From assembly GCA_964187785.1 (NCBI GenBank), contig OZ076409.1, forward strand, positions 54,066,001 through 54,130,000: a stretch of DNA of 64,000 nucleotides, in the 5' to 3' direction. This DNA comes from Amphiscolops sp. MND2022. Taxonomy: Eukaryota. Numbering within the stretch: the first letter of the stretch is position 1; each line of letters begins with the position of its first letter. This document shows positions 62,540-64,000 of the stretch, in pieces. Under the pieces are notes generated by a model. That model saw only the letters and a list, made by a program, of their open reading frames with translations, did no database searches and was not told where the DNA came from. Made by a program: the position numbers and the translations under genes.

Positions 62540-62944
62540 GCCTTTTGTGAAAAAAAATCCAAAAAATTCAGGCAGTGCCGAAAAAACGCAAAAGGTGATC
62601 TTTTGGACTCAAAAACGTTTTCTCCAATTCAAAAATATAAAAAGGGCAACTCTTTTGAAAAATACTTTTTTTCGAAAAAAAGTCTCACAGTTCTGAAAAT
62701 AACCTAGGTTTGGAAAAAGTCTATTTTATCCGAATAGGTAAGTGAAAGAAGGAATGGGGAGACCCTTCAAACTAACTTGTCAAATTTCTAGAATTTTGGA
62801 TTTTGGCATTCGGCATGAAAAAGGTCACTGCCACAGTTAAGGTCACTGCCACAGTTAAGGTCACTGCCACTATTGAGAAAGAAGGAAAAAACGAAAAGTC
62901 AAGACAATAGTGGCGTTTTATTTCACAAAGCGCCGACTAAAAAA
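62540..62944 (-). mobile_element. Degenerate HINE family A copy including an 18-bp tandem repeat (62821-62870)
   Basis: AAAGCGCCGACTAAAAAA at the right end; AAGGTCACTGCCACAGTT x2.8. Confidence 0.6.
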
Positions 62945-64000
62945 TGTCTCTTGATACATTTTTCACCATGTGTCAGAACAATGCACAAGTCAAACTCTCA
63001 TTTCCTAGAAGTATTATTACCCTTGCTCACATACTTACAGTGACCTAAATGCTGTATTGAAGCCGAGCAAAGCAACCTACAGCTACAGGTGTAATAGATC
63101 TTATTATAATATATACCTCAGGCCTTCATAGAGGGCTGCAAAGCGCCCCATAAAGATTCCACGTATCTACTCGCTTTTTTGGCGAACTTTCCAGGGAACA
63201 AAAGGATTGAAATCACTTTATGAAACATTAAAATACAAAAATTAAAACGGATTCAAATAGGCTCTTTTCGTTTCGCAACGTTGCAAATTCAAATATAAGT
63301 ACAAACAATACATCGCACAAATGACGTCAGCAAGTCCGACGTTGTTGCCTGAATTGTTTGTGGGATAGTGCACAGTTTATTGATTTTATTTAAAAATTCA
63401 TCAGCAACCGGGAATAAATTTAAATAAAATTATCAGCATATCAACATGGAGAGTTCCGCCTCAATTGCTCCTCCTAATTACAAAACACATGTTCCTTTTG
63501 GTCCTGTATTTCAAAAAGCGGGCCCTTGTAGAGCATCAAATATTTAACAACGGTGCATTAGAGCCCTACAGAACGCGATGCGCCCACACGTGAAACAGGC
63601 TTCTTGCTGGTTTGATTGACAGCTGATGAACAACTTGCACTCGCGCTTGAACAATTCGAATTGACACTTGAACAAAATTTCACTTGATGCAAAAACTGTG
63701 AACAGAAGTGAGTGACTGATCGGCGCTAATGCAACCAGTTGTAAAATAGTTGTCCTATGATGACAAACAACCACAAACTATTGACTGGTATAACCCCAAC
63801 AAGAAGATGAGTCATCGGAAGGTTGTCAGGAAACGTCACTCAAATGAAGTTGACATGAGCACACTTCGCTGTAGGGAGCATTCTATTTGAAGAGGGCATA
63901 GTCTCCGTCTTCCGGCGTTTACAAATGTGCCAGGGAACAAGAATTGTTGAAACAAGAAGGCGAAGTTCGCATATTTTGGGTCAAGTTCTATCTCCTATCG

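Overview
AT-rich animal (probably invertebrate) genomic DNA. Three + strand exons (1263-1991, 7307-7521, 61926-62130) splice in frame into the 5' part of a prickle-family (PET/LIM) gene. Its Cys-rich N-terminal motif is split by a ~54 kb intron that contains a 200-N gap. The introns are packed with transposons: (i) a recent full-length Ty3/Gypsy (Mag-like) LTR element with identical 219-bp LTRs, an AGGTG TSD, a WLDD RT motif and a frameshifted gag; (ii) a Tc1-type element with DD35E spacing; (iii) a decayed CR1/L2-group LINE; (iv) four MULE-like elements with tandem-array ends, one with a FLYWCH remnant; (v) a piggyBac-like non-autonomous element; (vi) a 3.1 kb tandem duplication with a 5-bp microhomology junction. 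The most striking system is a very abundant non-coding Helitron2/Helentron-like (HINE) family, with more than 20 3' termini in the window. It has asymmetric terminal inverted repeats and hairpins that show compensatory substitutions, it nests into a fixed T-tract inside its own 5' end, it occurs with two unrelated end sets on one shared body, and it often carries a tRNA-derived Pol III-like module. Family assignments are from motif recognition by eye, not database searches.
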